The translations under genes were made by a program, and so were the position numbers. A stretch of DNA of 64,000 nt from a virus. The notes under the pieces were generated by a model that was not told the origin of the DNA, ran no database searches, and saw only the letters and a list, made by a program, of their open reading frames with translations. The stretch covers positions 1-64,000 of the IMG/VR virus record IMGVR_UViG_3300045988_133024, one strand, 5' to 3'. This document shows positions 25,855 through 34,101 of the stretch, piece by piece (position 1 is the first letter of the stretch; the number at the start of each line of letters is the position of its first letter).

Positions 25855-26798
25855 AATGTTTTTATCATGTTGATCAAGACGGGATTGTGTCTGGATTCTA
25901 CGTCAGAAAAGCTTGTGAACAACGAGGCTTAGAGTTTGAACCAGAAGACTTCCGAAAAATTAATTACGGTATGAAATTCCCGTTTCATGACATTGAACAG
26001 GATGAATTCGTATTTATTGTAGACTACAGCATTGAGCCAGAAGAAATGTGGCAACTGCTTAGTATTACAAAGAATGTATTTTGGATTGATCATCATCAGT
26101 CTACGATTGAAGCGTATAAAGATTTCAAATGTGATGTGAAAGGAATTCGAATCACTGGAGCAGGTATTTCAGGAGCGAATTTGACATGGTTGTACTTTAA
26201 AGAAATGTGTGATGACAATTGGAAGCAAGTTGACAAAACAGATTATAAAAGAGGCAAAGCTTTGCTTGGTAGATATGAAATAGGAATCCCTATGTTGGCA
26301 AAATATACAGCAATGTGGGATACATTTTATTTTGGTGCAACGTCAAAAAAATTCATAAAAGCATTTCACTATGCATTTGAATCGTGTGATTTTGATGCAT
26401 TAAGTCCATTGCTAAACACGTTAAATGAAGATCAAGGAATTTATGAAGCAACAAAAATTATTGGTGATATGATAACAGATGGCTTATCAATTATTGAGTA
26501 TTTAGCAGCAAATGCAGAACAGTATCTCAGAGCATATGGTTTTGAAACCACCTTTGAAGGTCATAAAGTCTATGCAGTCAATCGAGCATTAATCAATTCT
26601 GATTTCTTCGAATCTATTGATGGTTCTAAATACGATATGTTTATTGGTTTCTCTTTTAACGGAAGTATGTGGGAATATCAGTTACGATCTGCAGAACAAG
26701 ATAAGGTTAATGTATATGAGCTTGCTGTGAAATATGGTGGTGGCGGTCATCCAAATGCAGCTGGATTTAGGAGTGATAAATATGTGTTAGGGGTGTGA
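25851..26798 (+). CDS. stand-alone DHH-DHHA1 phosphoesterase (NrnA / cyclic-nucleotide phosphodiesterase-like)
   Basis: DHH motif I 'YHVDQDGIVSG'. 'IDHHQS'. C-terminal DHHA1 motif 'GGGGHPNAAGF'. Confidence 0.55.
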   Translation: MKCFYHVDQDGIVSGFYVRKACEQRGLEFEPEDFRKINYGMKFPFHDIEQDEFVFIVDYSIEPEEMWQLLSITKNVFWIDHHQSTIEAYKDFKCDVKGIRITGAGISGANLTWLYFKEMCDDNWKQVDKTDYKRGKALLGRYEIGIPMLAKYTAMWDTFYFGATSKKFIKAFHYAFESCDFDALSPLLNTLNEDQGIYEATKIIGDMITDGLSIIEYLAANAEQYLRAYGFETTFEGHKVYAVNRALINSDFFESIDGSKYDMFIGFSFNGSMWEYQLRSAEQDKVNVYELAVKYGGGGHPNAAGFRSDKYVLGV

Positions 26799-26801
26799 TG
26801 T

Positions 26802-27605
26802 ATGTCAAGGAAAAATACAAGAGAATTTGAACTTGCTTTTAGTAAAAACAGAGATCCAGATTGGGAAGCAGATGTGGAAATTTATAGAAGAAGAAAGTTC
26901 GAAGTAGTGCGTGGTATTTGTCTTGGAGATGAGTTTGCTGAAATTGAGTCTTTAGAATACAAAAATTGTGACGAGTTAGATGAAATGTATTATCGTTTTG
27001 ATTATAATTTAAAAATGCTTATGAAGTCTTATTTGCATGAATATACAGATTATGTGCCAATCGAAACAATGCATATTACATCTCCTGCAATATTGTGTTG
27101 TGATGAAATTGTATTAAAAAACGGTGAGAAAATTTCTATTGATAACATATGTGGTGATAAATCAAATGGCAATGAAGTTTATAAATTATATTCTAATAGT
27201 ACATATACAGATGATGTATATTATGAATCTACTAAAGCATTAGTTTATGAATTGGCTAGTAAAGATGTTTGCAAGGCTATACATATAATGAAAGATATAA
27301 TGGACAAAGCGTATATAAAAGCAAGAAATGAACGAAGCATACATCCTTTTATTAGCCACTTGTTTAACGACCCTCCAATTCCATGTATTAAAAATAAATA
27401 TTCTATACATGATTTAGTAATGGGTACATTAAAATGCAGTGGTGATATTTATGAAGAAATAAACAAAGAAGTCCCAAATGCTATAGATATGATTGTGCCT
27501 CATCCTGGAAGACATGCAGAGTATTATTTTGGGTTAGATTATACAGATGAAGTAGAGCAATTCATTAAAGAACAGGAGGCAAAGAGATGTGAAGAAACTA
27601 AATGA
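26802..27605 (+). CDS. hypothetical protein
   Basis: 267-aa ORF. RBS 'aggggtg'. Confidence 0.5.
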   Translation: MSRKNTREFELAFSKNRDPDWEADVEIYRRRKFEVVRGICLGDEFAEIESLEYKNCDELDEMYYRFDYNLKMLMKSYLHEYTDYVPIETMHITSPAILCCDEIVLKNGEKISIDNICGDKSNGNEVYKLYSNSTYTDDVYYESTKALVYELASKDVCKAIHIMKDIMDKAYIKARNERSIHPFISHLFNDPPIPCIKNKYSIHDLVMGTLKCSGDIYEEINKEVPNAIDMIVPHPGRHAEYYFGLDYTDEVEQFIKEQEAKRCEETK

Positions 27606-28122
27606 TGAACAGCGAAGGCTGATTGAAGATAATTACTCTTTGATTTGGCATTTACATGAAAAATATTTTACAAAGTTTACAGATTTTGATACATATATGG
27701 ATCTTGGTCGTATGGCAATTTGTAAAGCAGCATTAAAATGGGATGAGTCAAAAGGAACTTTTGGTACTTTCTTTCGGTGGGTATTGCAAACAGAGGTAAA
27801 TCAATATTATGCAAAATGGCATAGACCAACAGAAAAAATGAATAGAAATGCAGAATCGTTAGATACGCCATTGGCAGGATACGAACCAGAAGATGATATT
27901 ACAATCGGAACAACACTGATGAGTAAAGATAATGTAGAGGATGAGGTGCTTACAAAGGTACATTTTCAAAATGAGTTTGATAAATTGGCACCGAGAAATA
28001 AAAAAATTATCACGTTAAAGCAGAAAGGTTTAACACAAAGACAAATTGCAAGTCAGCTTGGAATCACTCATCAGTGGGTTAGTCAAAATATTGTACAGTT
28101 TAAGAAAGCATTATGTGGATAA
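27589..28122 (+). CDS. sigma-70 family (ECF-like) sigma factor
   Basis: Region-2-like N-terminus 'LNDEQRRLIEDNYSLIWHLHEKYF'. Region-4 HTH 'LTQRQIASQLGITHQWVSQNIVQFKKAL'. A paralogue lies at 33349..33891. Confidence 0.55.
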   Translation: MKKLNDEQRRLIEDNYSLIWHLHEKYFTKFTDFDTYMDLGRMAICKAALKWDESKGTFGTFFRWVLQTEVNQYYAKWHRPTEKMNRNAESLDTPLAGYEPEDDITIGTTLMSKDNVEDEVLTKVHFQNEFDKLAPRNKKIITLKQKGLTQRQIASQLGITHQWVSQNIVQFKKALCG

Positions 28123-28135
28123 AAGAGGTGAGACC

Positions 28136-28957
28136 ATGACAATTGAAGAAGTAAAGGATTACATAAACTCGTCTACAGAGTATGACTTTTTGCGAGATTA
28201 TCCGCACAAAATCGCTTTTCTCACACTAGGTGGAAGTTATGCCTACGGAACAAATACAGAAGATTCTGATATTGATTTACGTGGTGTTTTCCTTAGTGAT
28301 AAAAGAGAGATTTTGTTGAATAATAATCAGAACAATCTTGAGAAGACCGATGACCATAAAGACATTGATACCGTGTTACATTCGCATATTAAGATGGTTA
28401 ATATGCTTGCTAAGGGCAATCCTACATTTTTAGAGTTGCTATACTTTGCACCAGACCGCTATCTGTATGTATCCGATATTGGTATGGAGTTGATCAAAAA
28501 TAGAGATATGTTCTTATCTAAGAGAGTTTGTCATGCATATAAAGGATATATTTGTGATTGCCTAGAACAAGCATACGTGAGATGTTCTAAATCAGACGAC
28601 ATTCAAAAGAAAACAAAATTTGCCAATAAATCAATGATACATGCTGTTCGTTTGTTGCTCCAAGTGATTCAATTACTACAATGTGGAACTATGTGTGGAA
28701 CAATTGAAGAAATAGGAAAAGACCTTATAGATATTAAGATGGGGTACAATACTTTGTGTGAAAAGAGACATCTTCCAGATGGCACTGAATGTACGGATTA
28801 TCGTCCAAACGAATCTTATAATGTGTTTACTAACAGACTATTGTCTGAATTTGAGTATGGGTACAAACATACAACCTTGCCAGACGAACCAGACTGGGAT
28901 CGTATCAATAACTTCTTGATGACAACAAATGAACGAATTGTGAGAGGAATGGTGTAA
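28136..28957 (+). CDS. Pol-beta-superfamily nucleotidyltransferase
   Basis: 'FLTLGGSYAYGTNTEDSDIDLRGVF' matches the NTase G[GS]x(9-13)DxD motif. Start trimmed to the ATG preceded by 'agaggtg'. Confidence 0.5.
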   Translation: MTIEEVKDYINSSTEYDFLRDYPHKIAFLTLGGSYAYGTNTEDSDIDLRGVFLSDKREILLNNNQNNLEKTDDHKDIDTVLHSHIKMVNMLAKGNPTFLELLYFAPDRYLYVSDIGMELIKNRDMFLSKRVCHAYKGYICDCLEQAYVRCSKSDDIQKKTKFANKSMIHAVRLLLQVIQLLQCGTMCGTIEEIGKDLIDIKMGYNTLCEKRHLPDGTECTDYRPNESYNVFTNRLLSEFEYGYKHTTLPDEPDWDRINNFLMTTNERIVRGMV

Positions 28958-28959
28958 AA

Positions 28960-29229
28960 ATGTATGTAAAGATTGGAGACGAAATTGCTTTTCATCCTGG
29001 CGAATGCTTAGAAGAATTTGTTGAATCTTGCAGGATGACTCCTTATCAGCTTGCGAGTAAAATTGGCATGGATGTTGATTATGTTCAAGGGTTGATTAAC
29101 GGATCACAAAGTGTCACAAAAGAATTTGCAAAATCAATGGCAGATCATTATGGGTTCTCTGACGATGGACAGTTTTGGTTAAACTTGCAAGAAACATTTG
29201 ATAAAAAAGCAGGTGGCATAGATGTTTAA
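28960..29229 (+). CDS. HigA-like XRE-family HTH antitoxin-type protein
   Basis: 'HPGECLEEFVE...MTPYQLASKIGMDVDYVQGLINGSQSVTKEFA...FWLNLQ' parallels the HigA 'HPGE...FWLNLQ' pattern. Confidence 0.5.
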   Translation: MYVKIGDEIAFHPGECLEEFVESCRMTPYQLASKIGMDVDYVQGLINGSQSVTKEFAKSMADHYGFSDDGQFWLNLQETFDKKAGGIDV

Positions 29230-29758
29230 ATTAATAAAACGCCCACGTTCTGATAACGATCAATATACTAAATATGATGTTGTGCTTGATAAAGAATATA
29301 CTGTAGAAGAATTTATTGATGCGATTGCAGATGGAAGAAATGGAACGCATGGTCAAATTACAATAAAAAATGATAAACAAGCCATTGAATCATTTGGCTA
29401 TAATATCGAGAGTATTAATTATAGACATTGTAGACTTCAAAATGCTGAAGAAAAAATTAAACAAGTATGGGCAGATGGTAGCTGGGTAAAAATCAATTAT
29501 ACTATCTTACTTGAAAACAAACAGGAAACACAAAAAGGTGCGCTCAGATTTATTGTTAAGAAGCCAAATGGGGAAGAATCAGTGGTGGTTATTTTTAAGA
29601 ACAAATCCGATGGCACATATTCATTTGTTAATTTGACAAAAGAGCATATTTGTTCATGTAAATTTAAAACAATTGAGGAAGCCATTCAGGATATGAATGA
29701 TCGCTTAAGAAAAGGATTGATTGAGTCCTATATTGTGAAAGGAGAAATGAAACAGTGA
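29222..29758 (+). CDS. hypothetical protein
   Basis: 178-aa ORF with overlapping start. Confidence 0.5.
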   Translation: MFKLIKRPRSDNDQYTKYDVVLDKEYTVEEFIDAIADGRNGTHGQITIKNDKQAIESFGYNIESINYRHCRLQNAEEKIKQVWADGSWVKINYTILLENKQETQKGALRFIVKKPNGEESVVVIFKNKSDGTYSFVNLTKEHICSCKFKTIEEAIQDMNDRLRKGLIESYIVKGEMKQ

Positions 29759-30234
29759 GTGATGTATTTCAGATTTATTTGGCAGGCGGTATGCAGGATT
29801 TATCATTTGAAGATCAGAATGATTGGAGAGAAAGGGTTTGTCAGTCAATTATTACTAGACGTAGAATTCTTAATCCTCGCATAAAAGAAGTTAATGTGAT
29901 TAATCCAGTTGATTACTATAACTTTCAAGACGCATTGCATGATACAGAAAAAGAAGTAATGAGATTTGATACTAATTTTGTTCGAAACAGTGATCTCGTT
30001 GTGGTAAACACAAATGATCCGAAAAGTATTGGAACGTCTATGGAGATTGCAATTGCATATGAGCATCATATTCCTATATTAATTTTGAATACAGAGAATA
30101 AAACCCTACATTCTTGGTGGATCGAGATGTCTGATAAGATATTTGACGATGAGGAAAAATTATGTACATATATAACTGATTTTTATATCACAATGAACCA
30201 TAGTAGTGTTCGATCATGGGTGCAAATGCAATGA
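29755..30234 (+). CDS. nucleoside 2-deoxyribosyltransferase (Rcl/DNPH1)-like protein
   Basis: N-terminal 'IYLAGGMQ' and 'SIGTSMEIAIAYEHHIPILIL' carry the catalytic Glu, as in the deoxyribosyltransferase fold. Confidence 0.45.
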   Translation: MSDVFQIYLAGGMQDLSFEDQNDWRERVCQSIITRRRILNPRIKEVNVINPVDYYNFQDALHDTEKEVMRFDTNFVRNSDLVVVNTNDPKSIGTSMEIAIAYEHHIPILILNTENKTLHSWWIEMSDKIFDDEEKLCTYITDFYITMNHSSVRSWVQMQ

Positions 30235-30440
30235 TATAAAATAGGAATTTGATGTTAAAAATAACAACAATATATAGTATGCCTATAAATATTATATACT
30301 ACATATTGTGGTAGAAAAGGAGTTGAAACACTATTACAGCAGAAAAACAAGGCAAGTTTATTATTTTCCATCTGGATGATGGTAAAACTTGTAAATATGA
30401 TTTATCAAATGGTGATTGCTATGGCAAAAGTGGTAAGAAA

Positions 30441-31475
30441 GTGAAAGCTTTAAATAATATTCTGTCTGGGCATTCGGCTGATGAATTGGATAAATTATTT
30501 GTGTCCGATCCACATTATGCAGAGTTTTTAAAATATGTAAACTGGCGAAAAAATTGTGAAATGGGAAGAACTACATGGGGCTTCATTGATTATAATTTAG
30601 GAACATTGTTTAAATATGCAGGTAAATATTCGGTATGTGAGCAGTTCTTTGCTATAGGATTTACACATAAACAAGTCACAGAAGATTTTAAATATTCAAT
30701 CAATGAAGTACCAAAATGGTTAAGGAATTATTGTCTTGGTGTGAAGAATAGACGATTGTTAAGTAATGATTTTGTTGATTTTTATAAGATGTATCCAGAT
30801 TATGTACAAACGATTTTACAGACAGAGTATATGACATTAACTAAAGAATATTTAATAAATTTCTTCGAGGATAATCATAGATATCGTTTTACGAAAATTT
30901 TGGAGGCTTTAAATCAGGATTATGGCTATAATCTTGCAGATGTGTTTGTTTATATAGATAGAATAATTACATTTGAAGCTGCTACCAATAGTATAAATTG
31001 GTTACTCGGAGAATTGTGTGATTATGCCCGTATGATGGACGCAATCAGTCATAAATTTGATAGATATCCAAGACATTTCAAAACAACAATGGATATTGTC
31101 ACAAGAAATTACAAAAGATTGCAAAAAGAATTTTCGGAAGAAGTCTTTAAGAACCGTATTAATAAAGAATACGAATTTACATATAAAGGACTGAGATTCT
31201 TGTATCCAGATTCTACTCAAGACATTAAAGACGAAGCGGTGCAGCAAAATAATTGTGTGGCAAGTTACATAGATCGAGTCATTGATGGCGAATGCCATAT
31301 TATGTTCTTGAGAAGAGTAAAAGAACCAAACAAATCGTTAGTGACGATTGAAATACAAAATGGACGAATCGTACAAGCACTGCAAAGATTCAATGATCCT
31401 TTAACTGCCGATCAACAAGAAGCGGTTGATGCATGGAATAAACATTTTAGTAAGAAAGGTAAGGTGGCAGCATGA
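30441..31475 (+). CDS. hypothetical protein (GTG start as called; a protein-like in-frame extension runs upstream to ~30327)
   Basis: 344-aa ORF. The upstream 38 in-frame codons look coding but lack a canonical start. Confidence 0.5.
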   Translation: MKALNNILSGHSADELDKLFVSDPHYAEFLKYVNWRKNCEMGRTTWGFIDYNLGTLFKYAGKYSVCEQFFAIGFTHKQVTEDFKYSINEVPKWLRNYCLGVKNRRLLSNDFVDFYKMYPDYVQTILQTEYMTLTKEYLINFFEDNHRYRFTKILEALNQDYGYNLADVFVYIDRIITFEAATNSINWLLGELCDYARMMDAISHKFDRYPRHFKTTMDIVTRNYKRLQKEFSEEVFKNRINKEYEFTYKGLRFLYPDSTQDIKDEAVQQNNCVASYIDRVIDGECHIMFLRRVKEPNKSLVTIEIQNGRIVQALQRFNDPLTADQQEAVDAWNKHFSKKGKVAA

Positions 31476-32011
31476 TTAATATTAATGAATTAACCACAGA
31501 TCATAAGATTAAATTAAAGAAGCCAATGGGATGCTTCGATAATCTTGGCGAGGTATGTGAGATTGTTAAGATTGATACAGATGAAAATGTTATTAATTTT
31601 AGATTTGGTGTAGATGGAGTACATCTTGGCGTGATGTCGGGTGATGAATTAGAGAAATATTTTGATGTTATTGAATCTGCTGTTATTCCTGATGATTATG
31701 AGTGGCATACATATGGTTTTATTGAAGATAATCAGGTTATGTATCATGCTCTTAAGAATGGTAGTATTTCGATGGAGACTACATATGATGGAGATGGAAC
31801 AATTTCTGTTGTGTATGAGCACCCTGAAAATCCTTATCGGCAAATTAAAAATGGGCAAAGAGGTAGGTTTTATTGTGAAGATTTGAAAGTAGCATTTTTT
31901 AAATTAAAGAAAACATACTATGACAAATTATATGAAGATATACAAGAAGAAGTCATGTTGGATTTTGTTAAAAATAAAGACACATTAGAGCCAGTTGAAG
32001 TCAATGAATAG
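31472..32011 (+). CDS. hypothetical protein
   Basis: 179-aa ORF with overlapping start. Confidence 0.5.
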   Translation: MININELTTDHKIKLKKPMGCFDNLGEVCEIVKIDTDENVINFRFGVDGVHLGVMSGDELEKYFDVIESAVIPDDYEWHTYGFIEDNQVMYHALKNGSISMETTYDGDGTISVVYEHPENPYRQIKNGQRGRFYCEDLKVAFFKLKKTYYDKLYEDIQEEVMLDFVKNKDTLEPVEVNE

Positions 32012-32020
32012 TAGGATGCA

Positions 32021-32224
32021 ATGATAGATAATGTTAAATTAACAATCAGAATATTTTCAATTGCTGTGTGCGTATTGTTGTATGTAGCTGCTTGGGTTTG
32101 GTTCATAATTACTGGTTGTGATGATTCATATAATTGGGATTTAACTGAATGTAGGATATTTTTCTTATGGGTTATGTTCCATGTATCATGCTTAATTGGA
32201 GTAATTTTGTGGGCTTGGTGTTAG
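32021..32224 (+). CDS. small membrane protein
   Basis: 67-aa ORF with two TM segments. Confidence 0.45.
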   Translation: MIDNVKLTIRIFSIAVCVLLYVAAWVWFIITGCDDSYNWDLTECRIFFLWVMFHVSCLIGVILWAWC

Positions 32225-32230
32225 AAAGAG

Positions 32231-32626
32231 GTGATAAAGATGGGCGATTTCAAAGTTGGAAACGAAGTGTATTTTGCTTGGTACGATGAACCATATACTG
32301 TTAAGTCTGGAATCATTACGGAGATTAAATGTCTTGGCGATCTAATATATGTAATGATACAAGACAGTATAACGCATGGTTTATATATGGTTCTTTTAGA
32401 AGAGATATATCGCACTGAATCAGAAATAAAAGCGGTTCTAAAACGAGAGTTTTATGGCAAGGTGAATGAAGTCAAAAAAGATATTCATACCTTAGAAGAC
32501 TTGCTGAAATTCATGTACAATAATGATCTTACAATTGATGAAGATGATGGACATTGCGTTCAGGAAGAGCGTGTTGCAGTAAGAGAACTGGCGAAAGAAA
32601 TTTGTGGAATTGAGTTAGGAGAGTGA
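32231..32626 (+). CDS. hypothetical protein
   Basis: 131-aa ORF. RBS 'agaggtg'. Confidence 0.5.
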   Translation: MIKMGDFKVGNEVYFAWYDEPYTVKSGIITEIKCLGDLIYVMIQDSITHGLYMVLLEEIYRTESEIKAVLKREFYGKVNEVKKDIHTLEDLLKFMYNNDLTIDEDDGHCVQEERVAVRELAKEICGIELGE

Positions 32627-32859
32627 TGTTTATAAAGAAACTTTTATGTAAAAATTGTCATAAATTAGTTACATACGAATTTCTTACAGACTTTACGATT
32701 GTGCCTATTTTATGTGAAAATGTTGTATTTTCCGAAACATATGGTATTTGTAAAATTTGTAAGAATAAAATTTTTATTCCAGAAAAATGCGGAAAGAACG
32801 CAGAAAGATTTTATGAGGAATACAGAACAGCACAGGAGAAATATAATGGAGAAAAGTAA
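32623..32859 (+). CDS. small zinc-ribbon protein
   Basis: CKNC...C....CKIC motifs. 78 aa. Confidence 0.45.
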   Translation: MMFIKKLLCKNCHKLVTYEFLTDFTIVPILCENVVFSETYGICKICKNKIFIPEKCGKNAERFYEEYRTAQEKYNGEK

Positions 32860-33070
32860 ACGGCATACACCTGAAGAAATTTTAAATGCACTGCATGTAA
32901 TTCAGGATACATGTGAGTATTATCTTCATGGCAATGATGAAGATTGCAAAAAATGCCCATTATGTACAATGACAGGGAGGGCACCAAGTTGCACGATTAG
33001 AGATTCTGATCCTTATGTTTGGGAGATTGATGATGATCCAGATACTACGTGGCGAGCATTTAAAAAGTAG
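32846..33070 (+). CDS. small Cys-rich protein, paralogue 1
   Basis: Start trimmed to the ATG at 32846. Shares the 'AL..IQD.C....D.C..C...........C.I..DP..W' pattern with the next gene. Confidence 0.45.
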   Translation: MEKSKRHTPEEILNALHVIQDTCEYYLHGNDEDCKKCPLCTMTGRAPSCTIRDSDPYVWEIDDDPDTTWRAFKK

Positions 33071-33081
33071 GAGATGTTTAT

Positions 33082-33318
33082 ATGGATGAGAAAAATTATG
33101 GAGAGTATACAGAAGAAGCAGTGGCTGTTGCACTAAAAACAATTCAAGATATTTGTGCTCTTAACAAAGATTGTTATGGCTGTAGCATTACATGTCCATT
33201 TTTAGAATTACAGGATGGAGGAGCTAGACAAATATGTCATATCTCCTATGATTATCCTGTTGATTGGAGATTAAATGAATTTCCACCTAAGCAATGGGTG
33301 CCTTTTTGCGAGGGATAA
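33082..33318 (+). CDS. small Cys-rich protein, paralogue 2
   Basis: Tandem paralogue of 32846..33070. Confidence 0.5.
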   Translation: MDEKNYGEYTEEAVAVALKTIQDICALNKDCYGCSITCPFLELQDGGARQICHISYDYPVDWRLNEFPPKQWVPFCEG

Positions 33319-33348
33319 TTGCATAAACACAAGTAAATAAAGGAGAAA

Positions 33349-33891
33349 ATGTCGTTGAAATTAAATGACGAACAGAGAAAATTAGTGGAACAAAATCATA
33401 ATTTGATTTACTCTGCTATGACAAAATGCGGTATCCGCAGACAAGATTTTGATGACTATTATGGATTCGCTGCTATTGGGTTGTGTAAGGCAGCAATTGA
33501 TTATGATGAAACACGATCTAAATCATTTTCGACATATGCGTATTTATGTATACAAAATGAAATAACGGTATATAACAAATACAGATTTCGGCAGAGAAGA
33601 AAGGGTGATATGAATACTATTTCATATAATCATATGTTAGATGATTGGGATGAAGACAAAAATGAAAATTCATTTCTTTTAAAGGATGAAGAAAATTTTG
33701 AAAAAAATATTATTTTCAAGTTGAATTTTCAAGATAAACGTTACACACTAAATAATAAGGACAGAATGATTGTTGATTTAAAATCAAAAGGTTATACATA
33801 TCAAGAAATCGCAAAAATGTTTGGTACATCATTTCAAGCGATACAACAAAAGATTAAAAGAATGCGATCAACAACATTTTCCAGATTATAA
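33349..33891 (+). CDS. sigma-70 family sigma factor (paralogue of 27589..28122)
   Basis: 'LNDEQRKLVEQNHNLIYSAM' matches 'LNDEQRRLIEDNYSLIWHLH'. C-terminal HTH 'YTYQEIAKMFGTSFQAIQQKIKRMR'. Confidence 0.55.
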   Translation: MSLKLNDEQRKLVEQNHNLIYSAMTKCGIRRQDFDDYYGFAAIGLCKAAIDYDETRSKSFSTYAYLCIQNEITVYNKYRFRQRRKGDMNTISYNHMLDDWDEDKNENSFLLKDEENFEKNIIFKLNFQDKRYTLNNKDRMIVDLKSKGYTYQEIAKMFGTSFQAIQQKIKRMRSTTFSRL

Positions 33892-33928
33892 AAGTTGAAT
33901 AACGCAAACAACTTTTATTATTTTTTTG
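33892..33928 (+). terminator. rho-independent terminator: aagttg-aataacgcaaa-caactt followed by ttattattttttt
   Basis: 6-bp stem with a T-rich tail, directly after the sigma factor stop. Confidence 0.5.
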
Positions 33929-34001
33929 ACGCATTTGTTATAAACGTAATAGAACGATTATAACAATATAAGCCGATCAGATAAAATTATTTTTGTTCCT
34001 G

Positions 34002-34033
34002 TTGACTTTGGCAGAGTTGACAGTGGATATAAA
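34002..34033 (+). promoter_or_regulatory. candidate promoter for the replication operon: -35 ttgact (34002-07), extended -10 'tggatataa' (~34024-32); upstream inverted repeat gttataa...ttataac (33937..33964)
   Basis: Same 'TGG(T/A)TAT' extended -10 style as the other promoters in the window. The inverted repeat is a possible operator. Confidence 0.4.
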
Positions 34034-34101
34034 TTGATGACTTATTTACAAATTAAAAACTAACTAAACAAATTTAATAACAAGAGGAGGAATTCTATTT
34101 A

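Noticed and set aside
28046-28135. Upstream extension of the nucleotidyltransferase ORF overlapping the sigma factor gene
   Set aside because: The ATG at 28136 is preceded by an 'agaggtg' RBS and follows the sigma factor stop. The extension would overlap 77 nt out of frame with no RBS.
32699-32845. Long N-terminal extension of the Cys-rich paralogue ORF (123-aa version)
   Set aside because: It overlaps the upstream zinc-ribbon gene out of frame. The paralogue alignment with 33082..33318 begins only at the internal Met (32846).
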